64,000 bases of DNA from the human T2T-CHM13v2.0 reference genome, Homo sapiens (GCF_009914755.1 NC_060934.1), one strand, 5' to 3'. Positions 17,975-31,025 are shown, counted from the first letter of the stretch. Notes: a model not told the origin generated them from the sequence alone. Numbers and translations are program-made.

Positions 17975-18485
17975 ATGCTGCCGCCGCCGCGGCCCGCAGC
18001 TGCCTTGGCGCTGCCTGTGCTCCTGCTACTGCTGGTGGTGCTGACGCCGCCCCCGACCGGCGCAAGGCCATCCCCAGGCCCAGATTACCTGCGGCGCGGC
18101 TGGATGCGGCTGCTAGCGGAGGGCGAGGGCTGCGCTCCCTGCCGGCCAGAAGAGTGCGCCGCGCCGCGGGGCTGCCTGGCGGGCAGGGTGCGCGACGCGT
18201 GCGGCTGCTGCTGGGAATGCGCCAACCTCGAGGGCCAGCTCTGCGACCTGGACCCCAGTGCTCACTTCTACGGGCACTGCGGCGAGCAGCTTGAGTGCCG
18301 GCTGGACACAGGCGGCGACCTGAGCCGCGGAGAGGTGCCGGAACCTCTGTGTGCCTGTCGTTCGCAGAGTCCGCTCTGCGGGTCCGACGGTCACACCTAC
18401 TCCCAGATCTGCCGCCTGCAGGAGGCGGCCCGCGCTCGGCCCGATGCCAACCTCACTGTGGCACACCCGGGGCCCTGCGAATCGG
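17975..18485 (+). CDS. KAZALD1: KAZALD1 coding exon 1 (gene exon 2): signal peptide, IGFBP N-terminal domain, Kazal domain
   Basis: ATG in good Kozak context (ctaaccATGc). Encodes a hydrophobic leader (LALPVLLLLLVVL), IGFBP-like CAPC...ACGCCWEC...C...C and Kazal C-C-PLCGSDGHTYSQICRL...HPGPC. Acceptor cttcccttcctggcag|17924; phase-1 donor G|gtacgc at 18486. Confidence 0.97.
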
Positions 18486-19642
18486 GTACGCATGGCCCGG
18501 GGCCCCCACCCCAGCACTTAGGTTTCCTAGAGGCACTGCTCCCCGACCCCTGACAGCATTGGTCTCTGGCCAGCAGAGCAAAAAAGATAAGGCTATAGAG
18601 GCCTCGAGTCCAGTATAAAACCCTGCTCTCGCTACTGGTTCATAAAAGCTGCCACCTTAAGGTGGGGGTGGGGGGTGGAGTGGAGTGGGAGTCCCGGGCT
18701 TCGTCAGCAAGCTGCATTCGCTGAACCACGTGAAAGCTCCAGAGCTGGCTGGCAGGGAGAGACAGGTCCTCTGAGGGCGCAGGCACATAACCTATGGTTT
18801 GCTCAGAGACCCCCCCGACTTTTCCCAGACCAGTGGAGTCCAGGCAGCAAGACGGGTTCCTGTGAGATGCAATCACGTTTCATTCTTAGAGCAGTTTGTT
18901 CACCCAGTCTCCCCACCTCTCTGCTTTCTCCTGCTTTTAGGGATTAGTGAAGGGGAGCGGGAAGTTCTTTCTCTATCCCTGGGGACTGGGGTCCATTCAG
19001 GCCTCTAGCTTTCCTTGGTAGCTTTAGTAACTTTCACTTCCTGAGCCCGGGCTCTGCGTCTGGCTCGGCTGGGGCAGCCAGAAAACAAACACCCCGTGGG
19101 GGTCCCAGCAATTTCCTCCACTCCTGCAGGCTTCCTGCCTGTCGCACAAGTCCAGCTTCAGGTTCTCTGCCTTGCCGCAGGACTCCCCCAGGGGGTACTG
19201 AGGAGGGAACGGCTGCTTTTCCTCCTTTGGGAACTGGGCCTGTTTAGAAAAGGGGAAGGGGGATCTGGAAGGTTTTGATTACAGGCACGCAGGAAAGGCT
19301 GGGGAGGGTGAAATGAGGACAGGGGAGCAGTTAGGGACAGAGTGGCTGCCAAGCTACAATGTAGATGTGTGTGCTTGTTTGTGCATTGGGTCTGCATGAG
19401 GTTCTATGTGCACATGTGCATGTATACCTATCTCCACGTCTGCGTGGTACCCTTGTGTGTACCAGCATCCATATCTGTGTGTACCTGTGTGTGTCACGGT
19501 GTGTTTATGGATGTGTATTTACCTCAGCATATATTGTGTTCTGCCACAAGCATGTCCACAAAAATTTGTGTATCATGTCTTTGCCAGACTGGATGCCTTT
19601 GCTGGGCCATGCTATTCTCAGACCTCCCGCCTTCACCCCCAG

Positions 19643-19803
19643 GGCCCCAGATCGTGTCACATCCATATGACACTTGGAATGTGACAGGGCAGGATGTGAT
19701 CTTTGGCTGTGAAGTGTTTGCCTACCCCATGGCCTCCATCGAGTGGAGGAAGGATGGCTTGGACATCCAGCTGCCAGGGGATGACCCCCACATCTCTGTG
19801 CAG
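19643..19803 (+). CDS. KAZALD1: KAZALD1 coding exon 2: first half of the Ig domain (GPQIVSHP...IFGCEVFAYPMASIEWRK...SVQ)
   Basis: Acceptor cttcacccccag|; donor CAG|gtagac; 161 nt keeps the frame (511+161=672); contains the Ig Cys and Trp. Confidence 0.97.
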
Positions 19804-19882
19804 GTAGACTGGTGGGAGAGGCTTCCCTCAGGCAGCCCAGGGCCCTCCAGAAGGACCCTGCTGATTCCTTGCCTGGCTCCAG

Positions 19883-20030
19883 TTTAGGGGTGGACCCCAG
19901 AGGTTTGAGGTGACTGGCTGGCTGCAGATCCAGGCTGTGCGTCCCAGTGATGAGGGCACTTACCGCTGCCTTGGCCGCAATGCCCTGGGTCAAGTGGAGG
20001 CCCCTGCTAGCTTGACAGTGCTCACACCTG
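19883..20030 (+). CDS. KAZALD1: KAZALD1 coding exon 3: second half of the Ig domain (FRGGPQRFEVTGWLQI...DEGTYRCLGRN...LTVLTP)
   Basis: Acceptor ggctccag|TTT; donor CTG|gtaagg; DxGxYxC Ig motif. Confidence 0.97.
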
Positions 20031-20207
20031 GTAAGGGGATTCCTGAGTTCTGGGGGTTGGGGGGATGGTGCTGGATTCCAGTTGTGAATGTGTAAGAAAC
20101 AGACCATGTGTCTGTATACACAAGCATAGCCTTCCGCAGACTGGGCTATGTGGGCACCGACAGCCCCTCTCTCCTGTTCTCTCTTCTTTGCCCATGTGTG
20201 TTTGCAG

Positions 20208-20302
20208 ACCAGCTGAACTCTACAGGCATCCCCCAGCTGCGATCACTAAACCTGGTTCCTGAGGAGGAGGCTGAGAGTGAAGAGAATGACGATTACTACT
20301 AG
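20208..20302 (+). CDS. KAZALD1: KAZALD1 last coding exon (DQLNST...EEEAESEENDDYY*)
   Basis: Acceptor tttgcag|AC; TAG at 20300-20302; joined CDS is 915 nt = 304 aa, matching the length I recall for KAZALD1. Confidence 0.96.
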
Positions 20303-20948
20303 GTCCAGAGCTCTGGCCCATGGGGGTGGGTGAGCGGCTATAGTGTTCATCCCTGCTCTTGAAAAGACCTGGAAAGGGGAGCAGGGTCCCTTCATCGACT
20401 GCTTTCATGCTGTCAGTAGGGATGATCATGGGAGGCCTATTTGACTCCAAGGTAGCAGTGTGGTAGGATAGAGACAAAAGCTGGAGGAGGGTAGGGAGAG
20501 AAGCTGAGACCAGGACCGGTGGGGTACAAAGGGGCCCATGCAGGAGATGCCCTGGCCAGTAGGACCTCCAACAGGTTGTTTCCCAGGCTGGGGTGGGGGC
20601 CTGAGCAGACACAGAGGTGCAGGCACCAGGATTCTCCACTTCTTCCAGCCCTGCTGGGCCACAGTTCTAACTGCCCTTCCTCCCAGGCCCTGGTTCTTGC
20701 TATTTCCTGGTCCCCAACGTTTATCTAGCTTGTTTGCCCTTTCCCCAAACTCATCTTCCAGAACTTTTCCCTCTCTCCTAAGCCCCAGTTGCACCTACTA
20801 ACTGCAGTCCCTTTTGCTGTCTGCCGTCTTTTGTACAAGAGAGAGAACAGCGGAGCATGACTTAGTTCAGTGCAGAGAGATAGGTGAGGCCAGCTCGAGA
20901 TCTTATACCACTCTGTATTGGACAAAGGCTAGCACAGGGCTAGGCACC

Positions 20949-20954
20949 AATAAA
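20949..20954 (+). terminator. Proximal polyadenylation signal AATAAA of KAZALD1
   Basis: First AATAAA after the stop codon, ~650 nt downstream. Confidence 0.8.
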
Positions 20955-21549
20955 GATTTCTAATGATGCACAGACAGTTTATGCAGATGTGCACATGAAA
21001 ACTGAATATCCCTGGGAGGCCTCCCACACTAACAGAACTCTGGCTTCCAGAAGCTGCAGGGCCTGCTCTCTAAGCACATGCCTGCCAGATGTACAAAGAG
21101 AAAGTTTGAACTTGGGCCTATCCCGCCTTTGAGGGAGGGAGGCTGGAGCCATATGGCTGGAGGGAAGTTATCTTCCCCGTCTGCCCTCCATTGGGGCTGA
21201 TATACATTATCTGCTTCTTTGCTCATCTTATTCCAAACCCTTCCCCAGGCCAGAATGGGGAACAGGGCTATGTGGGTTGGCCCCCAAAATGAAAGCATAA
21301 ACTGGATAGAGGAGGGTGGAAGTTTGGTCACCTGTGTGGTCCATACCCTTCCCCAGCTCCCATAGGAATCTACCCATTTCCTGCAGAAGCCAGAGTCATG
21401 GTAAGGCTGTTTCCTATCTGCCCCAATTGTGACCTGTCCTCTCTGGCTTGGGGTCCCCAAATCTCTTTCCTCATTCTCCTTACCTATCCCAGGGACACTG
21501 GTGAGACTCAATGTTTATTTAATGATTGGAGGAAAGAATGAAAGCATAA

Positions 21550-23350
21550 GTCAGCGAGGCCGAGGCGCTGTGTGTAGATGGCGACAGCCTCCTACACGCC
21601 AGGGCTCCACCCGGATCCTGGCGCCACTGCGGGAGGGCCTGCCCTTGGCTCAGCGTCAGAGTTTGTCCTCTGGGGCCCAACGCAGGGAGCCTGGCCACAT
21701 GGGAGGGGTGTGGTCCGGAACTCCAACCCCAGGTCCTGCTTGGCCGCCCCTCCCGCGGCTACGCACTACTCCATCTACTGCTGGCTTGCCCCGGGTCCTT
21801 AAGCCAGCGACAGTTTTTATTGCCGAACCCAGGCTGGAAGCGGGCGGCCCTAGGAGCCGCGCACAACAGCGCAAGCGGGCTGGATACCGGGAGCCGATTC
21901 CAGGGCGCCCACAGAAGCAGAATCAGAGGGGTAGGCGGGGGTGGGGCGTGCTGTTCGGCGCTGTGGCCAAAATCCGCCCGGCGCTGAAAGAGGGGACGTG
22001 GGTGTGAGTCCCAGCATCAGCCAGGGAATCCGCCCCTAGCTTGTTCTTCGCCCAGCTGGGCTCCAAGACGCCCTCTGCGGGCCCATAGCTCCTACCGCGT
22101 CCACCTGCAGAGCAGAGGCTCCTCACCAAAAGCCCCACCCCACCGGAGAGGGTCACGCAGGTCCCGGGGAATCCGCACTCCTTAATCGCGTTAGCCGACT
22201 TTGTAGGTGTTCAGGAGCAGCCTCCTAGCAGCCTCAGTTTTCCCCTCCCCGCCCTGCTGGTTCAAGCACCACAGCCTGGAATGGGAGAACTGTTGTCCAC
22301 CGCCCCCTCCCTCCCCGCACCCCGCCTCTGCTGCAGCGGACCCGCTTTAATAATGTCGCTGGAAAGTGACACGCGATTTATTATTAAAGTAATGCGGGCG
22401 CAGGGACGGGAAAGGTTTAATAAACGTGCTGAGATGCCGAGGATTATTCACCGCAAATAAATGAGAGCGCGGGCGGCGTTTTAATAAATAATTTCCCGCT
22501 GCTCCCGGGGGAAGGCAGGGGAGGGGGAGGGAGGGGGAGGGAGGAGGAGGGGGAGGCTGAGCCGCTGCCAGAACTCCCGGTTTCGCCTGCCCACGGGCTT
22601 CCAAGCCATCCCCGCGTTTTGTGTCCTAGGTTGCTCACACCCGAGATGTGAGGTTCCAGGAGCGCCGACCCAGAGTTGCCAGGCCTGAAGGCGGGAGAGG
22701 CTCAGTCGCACCCTACATTTCCCACCTCCAAGATTTTAAGTATAGTTCGCTTGAAATCCCTGGAATGCGCTTTCTTCTGGCTCCTACCCGGAGATCCGGA
22801 GTCCGGACAAACCGGGGCAGGAAGGGTCCGTCGGACCAGCTCCTCCCAAGCCAAGGCTTCCAGGTCTCGGCCGGGCTCTTCTCCCTGCTTTTAGCTGAGC
22901 CGGGCTGGGCGTACCTCTCTCCTCCATCTAGAGCAGGGTGTGAAGAGGAAGCCAGAGGGGGCTGTCTGAAAATGACCCTGACCCCCTCCTCGGGCTGTCG
23001 TGAGGAGGAGGGCCGCTTCGCCCGGCTGCTCGTCACCGCGAAGGCTCCAAAGAAGGGTTGCGCAGCCGTGCTGGTATAACTGAGGGTGTCCTGGCGAAGC
23101 CCAGCCCCTGGCGCCCTGGTGACCGGGGGGGTCGATGTGCGGACTGGGCAGAACTGGAGCCCGAAGCTGGAGAGCGCCCCTCAAAAAGAAGCCTGGAAGC
23201 CCGAGAGATGAACCCGACTCAGAGAGGGCCAAGACTGCAGACCTTGGGGACCGAGGACACCCTCACCACGCTGGTGGGGGCTGGGGGGATGGCGCGGGCG
23301 GTGGCGTGCGGGGAAGCGCCTGGGGAACACCTGGCTCTGCAAGTTTTGTG
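21550..23350. promoter_or_regulatory. CpG island 3' of KAZALD1
   Basis: Dense CpGs and GC boxes in non-repetitive sequence. Confidence 0.8.
22340..22500. promoter_or_regulatory. Homeodomain-motif cluster (4x TTTAATAA), candidate enhancer
   Basis: TTTAATAA at 22346, 22381 (inverted), 22416 and 22480, inside a CpG island. Confidence 0.55.
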
Positions 23351-23409
23351 CCTTAGCGGAAAGAGGCGACATCTCTGGCAAGTTTGGGAGTACAGGAAGT
23401 AGCGAAGGA

Positions 23410-23423
23410 GTGCCATCTGGTGG
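23410..23423 (-). promoter_or_regulatory. CTCF core motif CCACCAGATGGCAC (reverse orientation)
   Basis: Plus strand gtgccatctggtgg; matches the consensus. Confidence 0.65.
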
Positions 23424-23493
23424 ATCCTTCTGGTAGTGACACTCAGACCTGGGCCAGGGGCCTTGAGACAATTTACTTGACTGGAAAAATCTG

Positions 23494-23499
23494 AATAAA
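23494..23499 (+). terminator. Candidate distal polyadenylation signal for extended KAZALD1 transcripts
   Basis: AATAAA followed by a T/GT-rich tract, just past the downstream CpG island. Confidence 0.45.
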
Positions 23500-23669
23500 A
23501 AAAAGATGCTTCAATTTGTATTCATTTAATGTATATGAATGTGCACATGTATGTGTAGCATATATTAGTATGATATCTATATGTAAAATATAGTAGTTAT
23601 GTGTGCATTGTATGTATACATGTATACATCTAATTTCATATGTATGTATGTGGATATATTATACATGAA

Positions 23670-24720
<1,051 letters not shown>

Positions 24721-25867
24721 TAACAGAAAATTGTTCCTGCCCTCATGGAACTTGGATTCCAGTCTAAGATGTGTATGTATACTTACATTAGTTAGGTATG
24801 TTTATATTTCCAGGATTATGCTCACATGCACATATAATACTGTCTAATATGTGTATATGCGAGGAGTAGATAGGCCTAAACTCTGGTAGGCCTGGAGATT
24901 CCCTGGTTTTTTACTCACAATCACTGGTCCTGTCACCTGGTACTCTATTCTGAGCATGAAGGCAGCTGAGGGCAGAGGGAAAGAAACTAGAGACATAGGC
25001 CTGTTGCCTCCTAGGATGCACTGTGGTTATTTCCTCAGCCTTCTGAATGACTGAATTCTTTCTAAACCGGGAACAGCTGTGTAAGTCCACGCGTGGTAAG
25101 GAACTGTTAGTGCACATCAAGTCTTGCCTCTGCTCAGTGCTGGGGAAGGGTGGGAGCGGGGTCTGGGAGGCTGGGGTAAGAGGCTAGGTTCTCTGAGGGC
25201 AGTGATGAGGGCACTTAGAGACCAGGAGGGATCAGTTCTGGGAGGCAGTGAGCTCTGGGAGTCACTTGCAGATAATGAGGGGCGGTTTGAGGACACTTGG
25301 GGAGGGATGGGGTGGTGGGATAGAGAAGGGGGCAGAAGTGAGTAATGAGGTTGGGATTGGGGATGGAGTTGGGGTGGGGACAGGGCAGAGATAGAGGCTC
25401 TGGTGGCAGGGATACACCTGTCTGGGGGTGGAGCCTGGAAGCCATCTTGAGGGAGTCATCCCTCCCTCCCCACCCCCACCTCCCTTCCCCATGCTGGGCC
25501 CCAGTTTAGCCCTCTCTCTGCTGAAGCTGGCTCCCAGATGTGCTGGGGGCAGAGGAGAGCTAAGGCTCCAGGGCCTGGCCTGGCTTAGGTGACTCACTTA
25601 AGTGGTGGGCGAGGTGGGGCAGGGCTCACAATACCAGCGTCCCATGAAGCCTTGTCCCAGCCACCTGGGTCATCACCTACCTGGCTGCCATTACCAGCTT
25701 CCAGTTTGGGCTCAGCCCAAGGCGTTCAAACAAGGGTGGGGCATAGATCTGGAAAAGGTCATAGAATATCCACCCACTCCACCAACACACACATTTCTAG
25801 GACTGAAGTGGGAAGGTGCTTCTGAATCATTTCTTCCTTTCCCTGCTTTTGCTAGATGCTTTCCAGA

Positions 25868-26037
25868 TGCAGTCAAGTCCGGGAGTCACCAGGTGCCACC
25901 CCAACCCTTGGTCTATGGTAATTTTCATACCTCTCCCCTTCCTTCTCACCCTCCCTTGCTGGACTTCCAGAGTTTCTGCCCCTTCACTGCCTTTTTCCCC
26001 TTTCTTCAGGGCCTCTTTTTTTCCCCCAGGGTTGAGG
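25868..26037 (-). repeat. Inverted duplication, copy B (partner 23992-24160)
   Basis: Same alignment. The ORF track shows matching peptides on opposite strands (QVPPQPLVY...[18 protein letters not shown]). Confidence 0.95.
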
Positions 26038-26144
26038 CCTTAGATCCCTGGGCTGTGTCCTCGCTGGTTAGGGAGTGGGGTGCGGGTGGGATGTGCTAAA
26101 AACGCAAGCTAGTTCCTGGCCTAGATTTATTTTTCTGATTGATT

Positions 26145-26268
26145 TATTTTTAGAGGCACGGTCTTGCTATGTTGCCCAGACTGGACTTGAAGTCCTGGGC
26201 TCAAGAGATCCTTCTGCCTCAGCCTCCCGAGTAGTTGGGACTATAGGTGCATGCCACTGTGCCTGGCC
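26145..26268 (-). mobile_element. FLAM-like Alu monomer
   Basis: Single arm. Confidence 0.75.
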
Positions 26269-26749
26269 TGGATTTGGTTTTGACATTTACTCTGCCATTT
26301 CGGCAACTAAAGGCTCTCTGGACAGGGTGGACAGTTATGAAAGTCCAGTTGCGGTGACAAGAGTTACCCCACAATCAAATCTCATCCCATCCTCTTGGTG
26401 GGGAGCACCTTGAAGTACTCAGTATCTTCACTGAAATGAGGGCTGGAGTCCCCTGGAAGAAAAGACAGGGTCTCTATGAGAAGTGGTGACAGCTTGAGGG
26501 AAGTAATGGAGTCTCCCAGGATAAGGGTTGAGGACTCTAGGGACAATTGCTTCCTGCTACCCCCACCCCGAGAGCTGGAGTAGGGCTGGAGAAGGCCTCA
26601 CAGTTCTCCTGGGCCTAACTCCTTGGTGTCAGAGGGGTTAAGTTCTGGGGGCATTAGTGGGGGGTTTCTGGGGGGAGTAATCTCTGAAGGGTAATGGTGG
26701 GTCTTTGCATAGGAGGTTTTGCAGTATGGGATTGAGTTTCAGTTCTGCT

Positions 26750-26920
26750 TTTTTTTTCTTTTTTTTTTTTTTTTAAGTCAGGGTGTCACTTTGTCGCCCA
26801 GACTAAAGTGGCACAATCATGGCTCACTGCACCCTTGAACTCCTGAGCTGGAGCAATCAATCCTCCCGCCTCAGCTTCTTGAGTAGTTGGGAGTACAGTC
26901 ATGCACCACCCACGCAGCCA
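26750..26920 (-). mobile_element. Alu right arm (AluJ/FRAM)
   Basis: TSD cagttctgctttt. Confidence 0.8.
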
Positions 26921-28169
26921 GTTCTGCTTTTTAAGTGCGTACATTGGGTAGGTTTCTTAACCTTCCTTCTTCTGTGTCCTCTTCTGCAATATAGTGATAA
27001 AATTTACTCCATAGGGGTTGTGATAAGGATTAGAGATCTTATAAGCAATGTGTCTGTAACAAAATAGGTGCTCAATAAACGTCAGTTTTACTATGCATTA
27101 CTATTTTGGGGTAGATGATCTGCATGGAGATGGGGGCAGGGTGCCCAGTGCAGAGCTTCCTGCTGAAGTGGGTGTGTTGGAGAATGGGGTGATTGCAGTC
27201 TTGGCATCTGCCTGGAGGAGGCCTTAGGAATTGGGCCTTAGGAAAAGGGGAAAGGCGGAGGCAGGATAGAGATGGGCAGGGACTGGGCTTCCAGAGAGCT
27301 CAGCAGTCTTCACCCCCACCCCTAACCCTCCTCAGGGAGCCCTTGTCAGAACCCAGGGCTCTACCTCTGGGCTTGTGAGGAGGGGCATCCCCCAAAGTCA
27401 CCTCCATCCATCTCTTTTATCTGGGCTGATGAAGGGCTAGAGCTCCAATGGGGCCTCTGATGGGGAACAGATACAGACCAGGCGGAAGCAGCCGGAACTG
27501 TGCTGGGCTGGAGCTGAGGACTGGGCCAGGGGGTCAGTGAAGACAGATAAAGCTCAGAGCAGCTGGAGGCTCAAGGGACCTGGGGCGGGGGAGCAGCAGG
27601 GCTGAGGGCCGGCTGTGTCCTGGGAGGAGGCAAGGCCGGAAGCTTCTGATGGGGACCAGTGTCCATCAAGGACTTCAAATGACCAGACAAAGCCTTTAAT
27701 GACTCTTTGGGAGGAGGGAAATAGGGACGGAGCTGCCTCCCCCAGACATGTGTGCAGGAAGGCCAAGGTGCCTGCTGAGAGTGAGGGTTGGTCCTGGGGG
27801 AAGTCGAAACTTAAAACAGGAGGAACCCTCCAGGCACAGGGCTGAGGCAGCGGTTCTGGGGCTGCCTTACCTTTAAGGCAGAGAGAGATGGGAAAAGGAT
27901 TGGGAAGTGATTCTGTGATTTTAGTTTCTGTTTTAATTAACTTTGAAGGGCTTGGGGCCTCCCTGAATGCCAGGGAGGGGAGCAGAGCAGACATTTATTT
28001 TCCTCTTTTCCCTTTTAAAGACAATTTTATTAAATCACTTTGTTTTCATTCTGGCTTGAACATGGGGCGTTTAAATGGAAAAGTAATTATTTCACCTTGT
28101 TTGCTTATGGAGAGAGGGGAGTCAGGAAAGGGAGGGACGCCAGTGAGAGGAAGAGGCTGCAGTCTCAAG

Positions 28170-28620
28170 CCCAGTGTGCACACAGCTTGCGTGCACACAC
28201 AACCATGCTCACACTTACACCATAATCCACGTCCACATATCTCTCACACTAGCACACGTGTGTACAGTCCCAAATGCAGACACTTCAGTACTTGCACGCA
28301 CACATCCACATTCTCCTGACACACACTCCTTCGCCACAGCCACACTTACAGACAGAAGCACTCTCTGTCATGCACACTCACAGCACATTGTGCTCACAGT
28401 ACAGGCACATCACAGTACCCTTAAACACCTTCCAAGCACCCGTGGGTGTGTATGCATACACCCGTTCACACAGGTGCATGCACGCACACACACAACCCCA
28501 ATGTAGGCCAGTACTTCCAAGCCTATTGCATTACATCATCGGAAGTACACGCAGTCTCAGACACAAAATTACACAGACGCTCATTCTCAAATACACAGGC
28601 ACACCCACACCCTGACAAGC
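28170..28620. repeat. CA-rich low-complexity tract
   Basis: Degenerate (CA)n/(CACG)n. Confidence 0.7.
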
Positions 28621-30055
28621 AGCCTTGGGGACAGACATGTGAGGGGGACATTGTCACGGAGAAGGTGAAAGAGTGGTGGAACGCTCCCTTTTACTGGGGT
28701 TCCTGAGTCCCCAAATTGATCTAGGCTACTCCATGAGCCCCTTTCTCTGTTCCTGTAAAGTTCTCTGAATGATTGCTTGTGACCTTGATTCTGTAGCCTC
28801 TGGGACAGTCGCTCCCCGCAATCTAGCCCCCCACCTCAGATCACTGTAGCAAGGCAAGAGGCCCCACAGGTTTTCTGGGTTCAGCCGGCCCTCATCAGGA
28901 CCCAGGTTCTAACTCCAGCTTCCCCGACTCCCGCCGCCCCTCCCTGCTATGTGAACCAGCGTCGGAGGGGTTAAAATTTCTGTAGCGCGCCCCCCTCCAC
29001 CCCCACCCCTGGCTGGTACAAGGAGGGCCGGTTTGTGCCGTACCTGTACTTTGTCTTCATCTGTCACCCCTTCTGACAGTCAGATACATCTTGTGGGGGG
29101 GGGCGTGGGGGGCGAGGGAGCAATAATTAACCTCTCCCGCCTCATCCCCCAAATGCCATTGCCTCAGCAGCGGTTGCATGGGGGCTGCCGAGGAGAAAGA
29201 GGGAAGGGGAGGAGATGGAGATGGGGAGAGGGGAGAGGGGAGAAAGCGTGACGCTTCCAGAGCCACAAGAGGGAGCAGAGAGGAAAGGCCCTGACATTTT
29301 ATTGCTCTGCCAACCTCTTTTCCGCACCCTTCTTTCCACCCCTCTTCCTGGGGGAGCTGCGGGCAGGTGGGAGAGGCAATTAGAGCGATAGGAGAAGCCT
29401 GCCGTACTCACCACCATTCCCTCATAGCAGAGGCTCCTGGCAGGGGTTGGGGGTAGAGCGTGGCGGGGAAGACAATCTTCATATATGAGCTCTTCAAGGG
29501 GACCCGCAGAACTTACAGCATGCTAGGCAGGGGTAGAGGGGGTGGCCGCCCCGTGCTGGCGTTTCATGTTGCTGTCAAATGAACAGAGCTTGTGTTAAGA
29601 ACCAATTTTTCTTCCAATCAATGAAGGGGAAGATGTCTTGGGTCATTCCTGGAGCAGTCAAATGATTCCAATGCCAAGGAGCTGTGGCTCAAAGGGGACT
29701 TCAGATTTGGGCTGGGCAACAGAGGACACTCGAAAAAGTCAAGCAAGCCCCTAAGCAGTGGCTGGAACCAGAGCTTGGGTAAGGGGAAGACCAATTTGTC
29801 TTGGGCTGGGTCCTTGGATGAGGCAGCCGGTGGGGGAGAATAAGGATCTGTAAGAAACACCCAGCCAAGGAGAACTCTGTCAGGAGATAATCAGCGGGGA
29901 TGGAAAGGAGAGGGGTTGCTGTCACCGCTGGGGCTGGTGGGGACACAGAGAGAGAGACAGGGCCCGGCCTATCCCCTGGGCAGCCTGAAGGCCAGGAGAT
30001 TCTAGATTTTCCCACCACTTTAAGAAGTTGTTAGTCAAATCTATCATCTTTAAGG

Positions 30056-30625
<570 letters not shown>

Positions 30626-30981
30626 ATCTGTCACCTTTGTGGTGTCTGAGATATAGGACCTTTTCTCTAAGGTCTCTGAGAGAGTTGTGAACACAGTATT
30701 GTCCATGAGTCAGAATTCCTGGGTTTTAACCCTAGTTCTACCACTAGCTAACTGTGTGATGGAAGATAAGTTACTTAACCTCTCTGGACCTCAGCTTTCT
30801 CACTTACAAACTGGGGAGGGGGCTGCTGATGAGACAAACTCTATAGACAATGCTGGTACTGATATCTATAATCTTTCTACGACCTGAGGAACCTTGGTTA
30901 GGGCCATCTGTGCCCTCCTCCAGCACATACACATTCTGAACCCCTCCCTCCACTAGCAGCATACACACGGACCAAAAGGTG

Positions 30982-31016
<35 letters not shown>

Positions 31017-31025
31017 GTGTGTGCA
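30982..31025. repeat. Compound (CT)n(CA)n(GT)n microsatellite
   Basis: Read directly. Confidence 0.9.

Larger units (their letters stand above)
16200..18550. promoter_or_regulatory. CpG island / KAZALD1 promoter
   Basis: High GC and CpG density with GC boxes (GGGGCGGGG near 16553); spans exons 1-2. Confidence 0.9.

Noticed and set aside
19342-19642. Cys/Val-rich N-terminal part of the 181-aa ORF
   Set aside because: Translation of a TG-rich low-complexity intron that happens to be in frame with the real exon starting at 19643.
19505-20107. 200-aa minus-strand ORF
   Set aside because: Antisense shadow of KAZALD1 exons.
21429-22007. 192-aa plus-strand ORF downstream of KAZALD1
   Set aside because: GC-rich island sequence, non-ATG start, no domain.
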